Assembly: GCA_947629985.1 (NCBI GenBank)
Contig: CANRFV010000008.1
Span: 8,897-72,896, forward strand
Direction: 5' to 3'
Source: an uncultured Clostridia bacterium
GTDB taxonomy: Bacteria; Bacillota; Clostridia; Christensenellales; CAG-314
Length of the DNA stretch: 64,000 nucleotides
Of this stretch, positions 40,774-50,566 are shown piece by piece. The position numbers were made by a program, and so were the translations under genes. Below the pieces are notes generated by a model. It saw nothing but the letters and a program-made list of their open reading frames with translations. It made no database searches and was not told the origin of the DNA. Within the stretch, counting starts at the first letter, position 1, and each line of letters begins with the position of its first letter.

Positions 40774-40861
40774 TTGTTTTAAGTATTTGTCAAAATGTTG
40801 TCATTCTGACTAAATGAATGATATAATAAAACACGCGACAGCTTTATCTTAATGTGTTATT

Positions 40862-41338
40862 ATGACAAAATATGCAAAAAACGGAGTAAATTATATGGCG
40901 ATTGCGGCTTTTTTCGGGCATAAAGACTACAATTATACCGATTACGAACCTGTGCTGAACAAAATAATTGTAAATTTGATAGAAAAACACGACGTAACCG
41001 AATTTTACAACGGCTATCGCGGCGCTTTTGACAGAGTGTGCGCGTTGTCGGTATACAAATTGAAACCAAAATATCCGCATATAAAAAATACGTTGGTTTT
41101 GTCGTATCTGCCCGACAAAAATTTTGTTATGCCCTACTGTTTTGACGAGTCGGTTTACTTGTTGGAACGCGCGCGCCCCGTTAAATTTGCAATATGGTAC
41201 ACCAACCGCATGGCGGTGGACGCGGCGGATTACATAATTTTGGGAGTGCGCTACGATTTCGGCGGCGCTTGGGCGGCTTGCGATTACGCGCGGAGACGCC
41301 GCAAACAGATAATAAATATTTTCGACACAATGAATTAG
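40862..41338 (+). CDS. SLOG/DUF1273 (YoqJ-like) family protein
   Basis: AIAAFFGHKDY...FYNGYRGAFD...ADYIILG has the layout remembered for the DUF1273 family. Confidence 0.55.
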   Translation: MTKYAKNGVNYMAIAAFFGHKDYNYTDYEPVLNKIIVNLIEKHDVTEFYNGYRGAFDRVCALSVYKLKPKYPHIKNTLVLSYLPDKNFVMPYCFDESVYLLERARPVKFAIWYTNRMAVDAADYIILGVRYDFGGAWAACDYARRRRKQIINIFDTMN

Positions 41339-41460
41339 CGCAACAAAGGGCTGTAAGAAAATACGTTTGGCAAAAATAAATTTGTGCTTAGGCAACGGAA
41401 ACTGCGCCGAAATGCGGGTAAAAATAAAAATCCGCGTCTTCAAGGCGCGGTTTTTCTCCT

Positions 41461-42125
41461 AGCCTTCAAGGCTTGGTACTGGCGACCCCGATTTCGGGGT
41501 CTTTTTGTTCGCCCAATTGCCTTTGTCCCTCTTACTTACCCGTAAACGGGTCCTTATACTCTTTGATACTCTTCTTGTCTGCTATCTGGTCTTCTAACTC
41601 TTGGTTTCTTATGTAGTTTTCTACCGTCTTTTTGTTTAGACCTACGGTCGAAACGTAGTAACCTTCTGACCAGAAGTGTCTGTTGCCATAGTTGTACTTC
41701 AAGTTTGCATGCTCGTCAAAGATCATTAAACTACTTTTCCCTTTCAAATATCCCATAAAAGATGATACTGATATCTTCGGCGGTATCTTGACGAGCATGT
41801 GTATATGATCTGCCATCGCATGTGCTTCTACGATTTCTACTCCTTTGTATTCGCAAAGTCTCCTTATATATTTACCAATATCCGACCTTAGCTTTGCATA
41901 TATGGCTTTTCTACGATATTTTGGAGTAAATACGATATGATACTGGCAATTCCATTTGGTATGTGATAAACTACTGGTGTCATCATTTTTTGTTGACATA
42001 AAACTCTCCTTGTATGGTATTAGACAATTGGGCAATTGTATTATACCACGGAGAGTTTTATTTTTCTTTAACGCTTCCGCTTTTTCAGGTCTCACCCTTG
42101 GAACGGGTGGTTTTAGACGCTTTCA
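41461..42125 (-). mobile_element. IS200-type insertion sequence (IS200/IS605 family)
   Basis: A single Y1 transposase gene is flanked by subterminal hairpins: agccttcaaggct (41461-41473), gaccccgatttcggggtc (41484-41501) and cacccttggaacgggtg (42093-42109). Total size is ~0.67 kb. The ends are approximate. Confidence 0.75.
41532..41999 (-). CDS. tnpA: IS200/IS605-family Y1 (HUH) transposase
   Basis: The sequence reads SLSHTKWNCQYHIVFTPKYRRK...VEAHAMADHIHMLVKIPPK...FWSEGYYVSTVG, containing an HUH motif (HIH) and the catalytic Tyr region. The ATG at 41999 has AGGAGAG 4 nt upstream. Confidence 0.9.
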   Translation of the reverse strand: MSTKNDDTSSLSHTKWNCQYHIVFTPKYRRKAIYAKLRSDIGKYIRRLCEYKGVEIVEAHAMADHIHMLVKIPPKISVSSFMGYLKGKSSLMIFDEHANLKYNYGNRHFWSEGYYVSTVGLNKKTVENYIRNQELEDQIADKKSIKEYKDPFTGK

Positions 42126-42495
42126 GCGAATAAAAAACGCCGCGTGCCGCCGTGAACACGCTGCGACTGCGGCTCGAAAGGACATTGAACGCACCGGCCG
42201 CATTGGAAATGTTTACAAAATTCGGCTATTTGAAATAATGAAATTCGGGTAAAAATGATGACGGCAATTATTGCAATACGCGTAAAGTTGCCTGCATATA
42301 AAAAACGCCGCGTGGGGACAAGCAAAAATTGTTTTGGGGACAATCCTGACTGCACCGCTAACGCAACGTTGCGATTGAATATTCAATTGTATAAAATTTT
42401 ATAACGCCAAAGGACTGCGCTTGCCGCCGCTTACTTTCCGACACACGAGCCCGATATTTGGCAACTGTTAAACGCACGCTAACGTGCGGCAACCG

Positions 42496-43722
42496 TTACG
42501 AAGTTGCTTTTTTGCGCAAAATGTCGCCCGCGGTAAGCGCGTAGGGGCAGTTGACGGTAAGCAACTGCTTTACCTTGTTGCACACTTCCACGCTGTTGCC
42601 CTGCATATCGCGCGCATATTGCACGGTAAACGTTTTGCCGCTGTCGTCGTTTGCGGACAGCACTTCGAGAGTGTCGCCCACGGCAAATTTGTTGCGCTGT
42701 TCGATCACCGCGCTGCCGTTGCCGCCGCTTTGCACCACGGCGATAAATTTGTATTCTTCCACCGCTTTGCTCGACGGATAAAATTGGCGGCTCTCCTGCT
42801 CGTCGAAATAAAAGCCCGTTGTGTATTCGCGGTGCGAAGCCTTGTTGAGTTCGAGTTGAAGTTGCCGAACAAGTTGCGGAGTAAACCGACCCGCGGCAAT
42901 GGCGTCCAGCGCGCGCCTGTAAGCGGCTACGGCTGTGGCTACGTAAAAAGCCGACTTCATACGCCCTTCGATCTTGAAACTTACAACGCCCGCGTCGATA
43001 AGTTGCGGCAAATGCGCAAGCATATTCATATCCTTGGAATTGAATATGTAGGTGCCGCGCTCGTCCTCCAATACGGGCATTTCGTCGTCGCGGCTTACTT
43101 CGCGCACGTACCACTGCCAACGGCACGCCTGAACGCACTCTCCGCGATTGCTGTCGCGATCGGCAAGATAGTTGGACATAAGACATCTACCCGAATAACT
43201 TATGCACATAGCGCCGTGGACAAACGCTTCCAACTCCACGTCGGGGCAAAACTCGGCAATTTGCGATATTTGACAAAGCGGCACTTCGCGCGCAAGCACC
43301 ACGCGTTGAGCGCCCTGCCTGCGCCAATAATCTACGGCGTATTTGTTGGTTGTGTTGGCTTGCGTGGATATGTGTATGGGCAAATTACTGTGCGTGCGAA
43401 CGTAATCGAACACGCCCACATCCGACACCAACACCGCGTCCGCTTGGGCGCGTTGCAAAACGTCGAGATACTCGCCCAAACCGTCGAAATCGCCGTTGAA
43501 CGCAAATATATTGAGCGTAACGTACACCTTTTTGCCCAAAGAATGGGCATATTGTACCGCCTGCGCTATCTCATCGTCGGTAAAATTGTCGGCAAATGCC
43601 CGTAAACCATACTTTTTGCCCGCAAGATACACCGCGTCGGCGCCGAAATGAAACGCCGTAATGAGTTTTTCCATATTTCCGGCGGGGGCAAGCAGTTCAA
43701 CTTTTCTTGTTATGTTTGTCAT
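42496..43722 (-). CDS. U32-family peptidase-like protein (TrhP/YrrN-YrrO type)
   Basis: The block VELLAPAGNMEKLITAFHFGADAVYLAGKKYGLRAFADNF...EAFVHGAMCISYSGRCLMS is a U32 signature. I chose the ATG at 43722. It neighbours a YrrM/TrmR-like O-methyltransferase, as in the known yrrMNO arrangement. Confidence 0.85.
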   Translation of the reverse strand: MTNITRKVELLAPAGNMEKLITAFHFGADAVYLAGKKYGLRAFADNFTDDEIAQAVQYAHSLGKKVYVTLNIFAFNGDFDGLGEYLDVLQRAQADAVLVSDVGVFDYVRTHSNLPIHISTQANTTNKYAVDYWRRQGAQRVVLAREVPLCQISQIAEFCPDVELEAFVHGAMCISYSGRCLMSNYLADRDSNRGECVQACRWQWYVREVSRDDEMPVLEDERGTYIFNSKDMNMLAHLPQLIDAGVVSFKIEGRMKSAFYVATAVAAYRRALDAIAAGRFTPQLVRQLQLELNKASHREYTTGFYFDEQESRQFYPSSKAVEEYKFIAVVQSGGNGSAVIEQRNKFAVGDTLEVLSANDDSGKTFTVQYARDMQGNSVEVCNKVKQLLTVNCPYALTAGDILRKKATS

Positions 43723-44111
43723 AGTATTCTCTATTTGTGAATTTTTCGTTATAGTTGACTGTATTTTAGCCGTTGTGCGAGAATATTTTCCGCTATCGTC
43801 GCAAAAAGCCGGGCAAAAATTACCGCCGAAACGGGCAAAATTTTGGCAATGCGCCCGTATGTGCCGCAAATATTTTACCCGCTGCATTTTGCCGCACACG
43901 CAATAAATTCAACGATCTACACCGCTTGCGCAAGCAAAATATTTGCCCAAGCATACCGATCTATGCGCAAATATTTGCCGCAATACACCGCTTGGCGCGC
44001 GTGGTCTACTGCCAAATTGCGCCCGCGATACAAATGCGCTTGCGGCGCGAGTAAACAATTACGCCGCAGCAACACAATTCGGCGGCACTGTCCCTGCCGC
44101 AATTGTATACG

Positions 44112-44702
44112 TCAATTTGTTCTTTTGACCGAAACGGTTACGCCGTCGCCCACTCGGTGCAATACTGTATCGTAACGCGCGTCCGCCATTATCTCGTCCA
44201 AAAACGCGCGCATATTGCGTGCGACGGTAATATGCTTGTGGCGTTTGTCCTGCGGGACGTGTTCGACCAAGCCCTTGTACAAAACGTTGTCGCACACAAG
44301 CGTTCCGCCCACGGTAAGCAAGTCGTTAAGGTAATCGAACAATTTGCCGTATTGCGCCTTGGGACCGTCCAAAAATATAAAGTCGTAACTGCCGCTGAGC
44401 ATAGGCACTATCTGCAACGCGTCGCCGACAAATATATTTACTCTGTCGGCGTAACCGAACTGCTCGAAGTTGCTTTTTGCCAAGGCGGCGTTGCTTTCGC
44501 TGATTTCCACGGTATTAAGCCGCGCATCGGCGCATGCGGACAACATTACGATACCGCTGTAACCTATCGCTGTGCCTATTTCCAAAATGCGGCTGGGCTG
44601 CGCTTGTTTTACGGTATTGTACAGCAGTTGCTTGGTGTCGTCCAAAACAACGGGTATGTAGCGCTTACGCGCGTATTTTTCCAATTGTTCGAGTTCCATC
44701 AT
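44112..44702 (-). CDS. class I SAM-dependent O-methyltransferase (YrrM/TrmR-like)
   Basis: The SAM motif is ILEIGTAIGYS, with a DFIFLDGPK acidic motif typical of O-methyltransferase family 3. Confidence 0.8.
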   Translation of the reverse strand: MMELEQLEKYARKRYIPVVLDDTKQLLYNTVKQAQPSRILEIGTAIGYSGIVMLSACADARLNTVEISESNAALAKSNFEQFGYADRVNIFVGDALQIVPMLSGSYDFIFLDGPKAQYGKLFDYLNDLLTVGGTLVCDNVLYKGLVEHVPQDKRHKHITVARNMRAFLDEIMADARYDTVLHRVGDGVTVSVKRTN

Positions 44703-44711
44703 ACGGGAATT

Positions 44712-46808
44712 TTACACTTCCACTATTACGGGCAGTATTACGGGGTTGCGTTTGAGTTTGGTGCGGAAATAATGCCGAGCCGAACGTTGGATCGCTGCCT
44801 TGATATTGGCGATCCCGTAGCCGCCCGCAGAGGGCAGACGTTCCAATTCGGCGCGCACAAGTTGCTTCATTTCGTCTATCGGGTTGTCGGTAGCGCTGTC
44901 TCCCGCAAATACGCAGCCGCGGCTTTCCACATACAAATTGCCCGCGGGTTTACCCGTAAGTTTGTTTACGGGCAGTACGCACACAACTATGCCGTCCTCC
45001 GCAAGGGACAAACGGTCGCGCAAAACGGCGTTGCCCACGTCGCCTACGCCCAAACCGTCCACCATTACGCTACCGCTTACCACCTGCCCCGTAACCTTTA
45101 TGCTGTTGGCATCCAATTCGACGCAATCGCCTATTTCGGGGATAACGATGCCGTGGCGTTTGTGATTGAGTTTTTCCACAAGCATGGCGTGCTGTTTGAG
45201 ATGACGGTATTCGCCGTGTACGGGAATGAAAAACTTGGGCTTGGCAAGCGTGTAGATGAGTTTGAGTTCTTCCTGACAGGCGTGCCCCGATACGTGTACG
45301 GCTTGCAATGCGGAATAAACCACCACCGCGCCCAGGCGGTATAGTTTGTTTATTACGTTGTAAACGTCGCGCTCGTTGCCGGGTATGGGTGTTGCGGATA
45401 TTACGATCGTATCGTTGGAGCCTATCTGCACGCGGTTAAATTCGCCGCTTGCCATACGCGTAAGCGCCGACATCGGCTCGCCCTGACTGCCCGTGGACAA
45501 TATCAGCAATTTGCCGTCCTCGATGTTGCCTATTTTGTCGATATCCACAAAGGTATCGTCGTCCAACGCCAACACGCCCACGCGCGCCGCCGTTTCGATA
45601 TATTTGTTCATACTTCTGCCCGAAATGGCAATTTTGCGGCGATACTTGCGCGCAAGTTCGATGATCATACCCAAACGGTCTACGTTGGAAGCGAATGTGG
45701 CTATTATTATGCGCCTGCCTTTTGCGTCCTGAAACACTTTGTTGATGGTCTCTTCCACCACCGATTCGCTCATTGTGTAGCCCGGCTTTTCGACGTTGGT
45801 GGATTCGCTCATAAGCAACAACACGCCCTGCTTGCCTATTTCCGCAATGCGGTTGAGATTCATTATGTCGTTGCCTAACGGCGTGTAATCTATTTTGAAA
45901 TCGCCTGTGTGCAAAACGTTGCCGACGGGTGTGCGCAAACAAATTGCCACCGAACCCGCCACCGAGTGCGAAACGTGAATAAACTCCGCAGTAAAATCGC
46001 CCAAGGCGACGACGCTCTTGTCCGAAACGGGAATTAAATTTACCTTGTCGAACACGTTGCGCTCTACAAGTTTGTTTTCTACCAGCGCAAGGGTAAGACG
46101 CGTTCCGTAAACATCTATTTTGCCGCCGAGTTTTTCCACAATGTACGGCAATGCGCCGATGTGGTCCTCGTGCCCGTGCGTAAGCAAAATGCCGCGCAAT
46201 TTGTCGCGATGTTCGGCAATATACGACACGTCGGGAATAACCACGTCAACGCCCGGCATATCCGAACCGGGAAATGACATTCCCGCGTCCAACACCACAA
46301 TGCTGTTGCCGTATTCGAACACCGTCATATTTTTGCCTATTTCGCCCACGCCGCCCAAAAACATCACTTTGAGTTTGCCGCGCGGCTTTACGTGCGAAAC
46401 GAACTGTCTGTCGCGCGCAGGTTGGGGCGCTTTGCGAGCGTTTGCGGCAGGGGACGGTTTTGCCGCCGCAGAAGATTGAACGGACGGTTTGTTTGCGCCG
46501 CCGCGAGCCGCCGTTTGCCGCTTTTGCGCCGTTGCAGCCGAGTTGCGATTGCCCTTGGACTGCCGCTGAGAGCCGTTTTGCGCGGGCGCAGAGCCGTTTT
46601 TACGCGCGGCGTTTTGCTTGTTTGGATTGTTTTTGCCCGACTGTTTGTTCGAGCCGTTATTTGTTTTGCCGACGCCGACCGCATTTGCTCCCGTCCGTGC
46701 GGAAACATTGCGTGCGTCGCGCCGTGCGGAACCGCCGCCCAATGTGAGCGATTGGGGATCCGTTTTGTTAAGCGTATTGGTATCCGCTTGTTTGTTTGTT
46801 TGTTTCAT
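44712..46808 (-). CDS. rnj: ribonuclease J (metallo-beta-lactamase/beta-CASP) with a long basic low-complexity N-terminal extension
   Basis: Motifs seen: the HGHEDHIGALPY motif, and GGVGEIGKNM at the start of the catalytic core. About 140 preceding codons are rich in K/N/A/Q/G/S. GAGG lies ~8 nt upstream of ATG 46808. Confidence 0.9.
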   Translation of the reverse strand: MKQTNKQADTNTLNKTDPQSLTLGGGSARRDARNVSARTGANAVGVGKTNNGSNKQSGKNNPNKQNAARKNGSAPAQNGSQRQSKGNRNSAATAQKRQTAARGGANKPSVQSSAAAKPSPAANARKAPQPARDRQFVSHVKPRGKLKVMFLGGVGEIGKNMTVFEYGNSIVVLDAGMSFPGSDMPGVDVVIPDVSYIAEHRDKLRGILLTHGHEDHIGALPYIVEKLGGKIDVYGTRLTLALVENKLVERNVFDKVNLIPVSDKSVVALGDFTAEFIHVSHSVAGSVAICLRTPVGNVLHTGDFKIDYTPLGNDIMNLNRIAEIGKQGVLLLMSESTNVEKPGYTMSESVVEETINKVFQDAKGRRIIIATFASNVDRLGMIIELARKYRRKIAISGRSMNKYIETAARVGVLALDDDTFVDIDKIGNIEDGKLLILSTGSQGEPMSALTRMASGEFNRVQIGSNDTIVISATPIPGNERDVYNVINKLYRLGAVVVYSALQAVHVSGHACQEELKLIYTLAKPKFFIPVHGEYRHLKQHAMLVEKLNHKRHGIVIPEIGDCVELDANSIKVTGQVVSGSVMVDGLGVGDVGNAVLRDRLSLAEDGIVVCVLPVNKLTGKPAGNLYVESRGCVFAGDSATDNPIDEMKQLVRAELERLPSAGGYGIANIKAAIQRSARHYFRTKLKRNPVILPVIVEV

Positions 46809-47173
46809 AGTTACCTCTATCTAAATGCGCCGTAAAAGGCGCAAACGTAAATTTACCGTATTTTGAGACTCGGTACGGTCTGTTTGCCTGCTTGGCGCCG
46901 CGTTTGGGTTGCCGCAATTGCCGCAGTCAGTTGTCTTGCGCGCGTAGTCGCACAGGCATATCGCAAGACGGAAACGCACTGCGCCCGACAGCAAAGCGGT
47001 ACAACTTGTACGTCCGCGCACACGCATATTGCCGACAAAACGCGCAACATGTGCGCAACTCGTTTGCCCACGCGCCATTAAATGCGTCTACACAGCGCCG
47101 CAAGCCTGAAAAAGGCGGCAGAAAAAAATACTGTCGCCGTCTTTTGTCCCGAATTAAATAATCGATCTGCCTC

Positions 47174-48169
47174 TTACCGCTCTTCCCGCTGTTCGCTGCG
47201 CTGCGCTTTGAGCGCCTGCTTTTCCAACAGCAAATTGTGTCTGTCGGTGCCTTCCACGTCTACGCGTTTGTGGAAGAACGGACGGTTTTCCGCGCGGAAG
47301 TACTCTATAATACACACGCATTTAAGGTAGTAAAACAGAATAAAACTCGGCACGGTGGACACCAATGTGGAGACCCAACCGTTACGTATAAGCGTAAGCG
47401 ACAGCACATTGAATACCACGATCATAACAAGCACGATCGCCACTTTCCAAAAAACATGCCAAAATCTGTTTATAAGCGCGATGAAACCCTTTTTGAACGC
47501 TTTGGCTACGCCGATATTTTCGCAGGCAACGGCGGGCAAGCATAGCGAAAAGGTAGTTACGCGAATTATATAAAACAGCACGCCTATTATCGCTACGGGA
47601 ATGATAGTCCACCAATTGAACGCTATCAAAAACAGCACGTAAAATCCCACGCAGCCGAACACGATAAGCAGATCCAACGGCAACGTGATTGCCGCTTGCA
47701 ACAGGCTGAACTTCCAGGTTCTGCCCTGTTTTTTGAAAAAGAACCAAATAAACGGTCGGTTGGCATTGGACGTCATAAATTCGTCCAACTGACAGTCTAC
47801 AACCACGTCCGCCAACGAAACGAACAGCCTGTACATTACCAAAATAACGGCAAACAGCACGTACGACATAGTTGCGCCGCCCCAAGGCAACCGCAACGAC
47901 GAAATGGACTGCTGAATATCCGATATAAGTTGACTTAGTTGCTGCGTAAACGCGTTGCTGTCAAAGTCTCCCGCCACAATGGAACTTATCGTTTGCGAAA
48001 TAAACTCCTGAATGTGGTTTTTGTTGAAAATTTCCACCAACCTGTCTACAAGGTCGCCGAAAAGAGTCATTGCCGACGCAAGAACAAACGCCAACAGCAA
48101 TGCCTGATACACAAGTGATTTGAGCAAGACTTTCCAATTGTAGGAAGCAAGACTTAGCGACTTAAACAT
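47174..48169 (-). CDS. hypothetical polytopic membrane protein
   Basis: 331 aa with multiple hydrophobic segments. No family recognised. Confidence 0.5.
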   Translation of the reverse strand: MFKSLSLASYNWKVLLKSLVYQALLLAFVLASAMTLFGDLVDRLVEIFNKNHIQEFISQTISSIVAGDFDSNAFTQQLSQLISDIQQSISSLRLPWGGATMSYVLFAVILVMYRLFVSLADVVVDCQLDEFMTSNANRPFIWFFFKKQGRTWKFSLLQAAITLPLDLLIVFGCVGFYVLFLIAFNWWTIIPVAIIGVLFYIIRVTTFSLCLPAVACENIGVAKAFKKGFIALINRFWHVFWKVAIVLVMIVVFNVLSLTLIRNGWVSTLVSTVPSFILFYYLKCVCIIEYFRAENRPFFHKRVDVEGTDRHNLLLEKQALKAQRSEQREER

Positions 48170-48184
48170 TTTTCGGGTGCCTCC

Positions 48185-49006
48185 TCAACTCATCTCGCCG
48201 AGCGGAATATCGCGGCGTTCTCCGCCCACACTGTCGTAGTATTGCTTAAATGCAAAACACGGCACATACATAAACAGCATAACGTAAGTAAGCGTGTAGA
48301 GCAAAATGTGCAAACCGTACGGCTCCAACAGATATGCCAACGCCATTACCGCCGTGTGCGCAAATACATAAGCAAAACTTATTCCCAACAGCATCGGTCT
48401 CAACTTGACCATGCTGCGCGCCGAATAGGACATTGCTATATTGAACCGATAATCTTCGCTGTACCCCAAGGGGAAGGTCATAATAAGCAACCCGAACATA
48501 TACGCCAGCACCACGCGCGCCACAAATTGCAGGGCAAACGCTATGGAAATAAGCGCGGTTACGCTGTTGATAAACCCAAGCATATATATTATGCCTACGA
48601 TAACCAGCATAAATATCTCGGATACGACAAACCAACAAAAGATGTACAGCAACATATTGGGGAAAATTTTTATTGCGCGCTTTACGGGCAAAAGGTTCAT
48701 TTTACCTACGCGCATATGCGTGTCGATTTTTTCCACCGTTACGCTCATACAAAACGCCAAAAAGGCAATGGAACACAACATCCAAAACCAATTTTTGCCA
48801 AAACGCAATATCGTTATTCCGTCCAGCAGGCTGTTGATGTAGTTTTCCGCGTTCAACCTCCCCGTTACCAACTGTTCAAACAGGTGCGCTTCGGGCAGGG
48901 AATTGTAAAAAAACGACGTAAAAAGCGCTGCCGGCAACAACACGCAAAGCAGGTGCGGAATGTTGCGCAGAATATATGAAATTGTGGAGCGTCCTTGCAA
49001 CTTCAT
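48185..49006 (-). CDS. hypothetical polytopic membrane protein
   Basis: 273 aa with multiple hydrophobic segments. It lies 15 nt upstream of the previous membrane gene. Confidence 0.5.
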   Translation of the reverse strand: MKLQGRSTISYILRNIPHLLCVLLPAALFTSFFYNSLPEAHLFEQLVTGRLNAENYINSLLDGITILRFGKNWFWMLCSIAFLAFCMSVTVEKIDTHMRVGKMNLLPVKRAIKIFPNMLLYIFCWFVVSEIFMLVIVGIIYMLGFINSVTALISIAFALQFVARVVLAYMFGLLIMTFPLGYSEDYRFNIAMSYSARSMVKLRPMLLGISFAYVFAHTAVMALAYLLEPYGLHILLYTLTYVMLFMYVPCFAFKQYYDSVGGERRDIPLGEMS

Positions 49007-49158
49007 AAATTTTCCTCAATATATTTTAATTAAGTATACACCACTTACGGCTTTTTTTCAACTGTTTGGCTGCAATTACTGTATTTGTTTGGCGCGCGGC
49101 ATTTCGCTTCGGCAGGATATATCGTGCGAGTTTACGTCAAAATTTACTTGGGCAAAGC

Positions 49159-49442
49159 GTAAAAATAAAATTCATAGGCAAGGCGAGAGCAATAATATAA
49201 ATTTGCGCGTAATTTTCGGTTACCGCCATTTTGCATAATTATTGCATCCGACCACACTTAGATATAATTTGAACTACGACTGCCGTTGTATTCGATTTAT
49301 ATGAACTTTTTCTCCGGGCGAAAAACTTAAAAATACAATTTAGGCAAGGCAAGAAGCAATAATATAAATCTCCTTGGGCGTAATTGTTTTGTCCAAACTA
49401 CCATTATACCGGAAATTTATATGAACTCTTTTTTTCTGTGCG
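49159..49442. repeat. imperfect tandem duplication in a 616-bp intergenic region
   Basis: Copy 1 (49159-49320) and copy 2 (49327-49442) share aaaaata-aattt-ataggcaaggc-aga-gcaataatataaat...gcgtaatt...atttatatgaact-ttttt. Copy 2 lacks ~45 central bp. gaaagtataatt also occurs twice, at 49453 and 49499. Confidence 0.6.
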
Positions 49443-49514
49443 TGTTGCACTTGAAAGTATAATTCACCGTATGGACTTTTTCCTTTGGGAGACGCGCTGA
49501 AAGTATAATTTGCC

Positions 49515-49551
49515 ACAGCAAAAAACGGAAGAAAACGTGCGTTTCTTCCGT
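49515..49551 (-). terminator. rho-independent terminator closing the phage-like structural operon
   Basis: acggaagaaa (49525-49534) / tttcttccgt (49542-49551). On the minus strand it is followed by TTTTTTG. It lies 72 nt after the stop at 49623. Confidence 0.7.
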
Positions 49552-49622
49552 TAAAATATGCGTAAATAACTTCCGTTCAGCCGCAAAATCGGAAAAAAAT
49601 GACCGAAACGGAGCGGCGGCGC

Positions 49623-50564
49623 TCAGTTGTTGTCCGGCAACAGCGCCGTGTTGATCCAATCCGTAAACGCCGTGTAGTACGATTCCAGATGCGTGCGCAA
49701 AAACGAGTCGAAAGTAAGCACGGTTTGCGCTTCGCTGCGGCGCAAAGGCCAAAATGCGTCCTGACAAATGGCGTACTTTTGCTTGCAAATCAAATTGCGA
49801 TACCCCGTTTCGCCCAATTCCGCGTAGGATTTCATTGCGGACTGCAAACGCTCGGTTTCGGCGCGCTGTGCGCTGAGCAACGTCTTGGCGCGCGACGCCT
49901 GATATTTTTGTTCCTTTTCTTCAAGGCTGTTGTTGTATTTGTCGATACTGCTCTTCAACTTGGCTTCGGCTTCGACCAACTTGTCGTACGCCTTGTCGGC
50001 AAGCGCCGCCTGTTCCTTTTCCAAGGACGCGCACGCGGCTTTGTAGGCACTGTCCGCAGCGCTTTCTTCGCCGTCGATTATTTCCGTCTCCGCAATTTGC
50101 CGTTCGGTTTCGGCGTAGTTTTTTTGGTTGAAGCGCGACAGTTCCTTGCTGCGCTCGGTGTTGTTCAACGAAGAGAACAGCAAGCCGTTGTTTACGAGTT
50201 TGCGAGTAAGTTTGTCGCAATTTTCGCTGTACGTTTGGCGTAATTCGGCAAAAATCGTGTTGTATTTAAGTTGCAATTGCGCGCGTTTTGTGCTGACGCT
50301 CTTCAGTTTGGCGGCGTACGACGAATCGACGGCGCGCTGTTTGGATATTATCGTCGCCGCAGCCTGCCGCGTCGCTTCCTGCCGCAGTTGCGACTCCGAC
50401 TTGGGCGTATAGGTCAATTTTTTCAAATTGAGACTTTCGGGCATGTCGATGGTAGGCTCGTGATATTCCAAACTGTACTTTTCGTCCACTTGCAGCACGC
50501 GCAATTTCAGCCGCTCGTACATATCGTGCAGTTCGGCAAGCCGCTCTTGCGTTATCGTTGCCAT
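49623..50564 (-). CDS. coiled-coil phage structural protein (313 aa)
   Basis: I chose the ATG at 50564 (MATITQERLAELHDMYERL), 2 nt after the upstream stop. There is a long A/E/K/L/Q-rich heptad-like central region. The 117 upstream codons of the track ORF overlap the preceding gene and were rejected. Confidence 0.5.
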   Translation of the reverse strand: MATITQERLAELHDMYERLKLRVLQVDEKYSLEYHEPTIDMPESLNLKKLTYTPKSESQLRQEATRQAAATIISKQRAVDSSYAAKLKSVSTKRAQLQLKYNTIFAELRQTYSENCDKLTRKLVNNGLLFSSLNNTERSKELSRFNQKNYAETERQIAETEIIDGEESAADSAYKAACASLEKEQAALADKAYDKLVEAEAKLKSSIDKYNNSLEEKEQKYQASRAKTLLSAQRAETERLQSAMKSYAELGETGYRNLICKQKYAICQDAFWPLRRSEAQTVLTFDSFLRTHLESYYTAFTDWINTALLPDNN

Positions 50565-50566
50565 AA

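Noticed and set aside
40225-41341. Exact 15-mer acaatgaattagcgc at 40225-40239 and 41327-41341, flanking the XRE and DUF1273 genes
   Set aside because: An exact 15-mer repeat is roughly at chance expectation in 64 kb on two strands. Flanking similarity is weak. There is not enough evidence to call a cassette boundary.
42130-42314. 17-mer ataaaaaacgccgcgtg at 42130-42146 and 42298-42314, next to the IS200 end
   Set aside because: IS200/IS605 elements do not make target duplications, and both copies lie on the same side of the IS. It is probably a coincidental or local sequence motif.
42484-45344. Long + strand ORFs 42484-43605 (373 aa) and 44103-45344 (413 aa)
   Set aside because: They are antisense shadows of the U32 peptidase, O-methyltransferase and RNase J genes. 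They are low-complexity with no start context.
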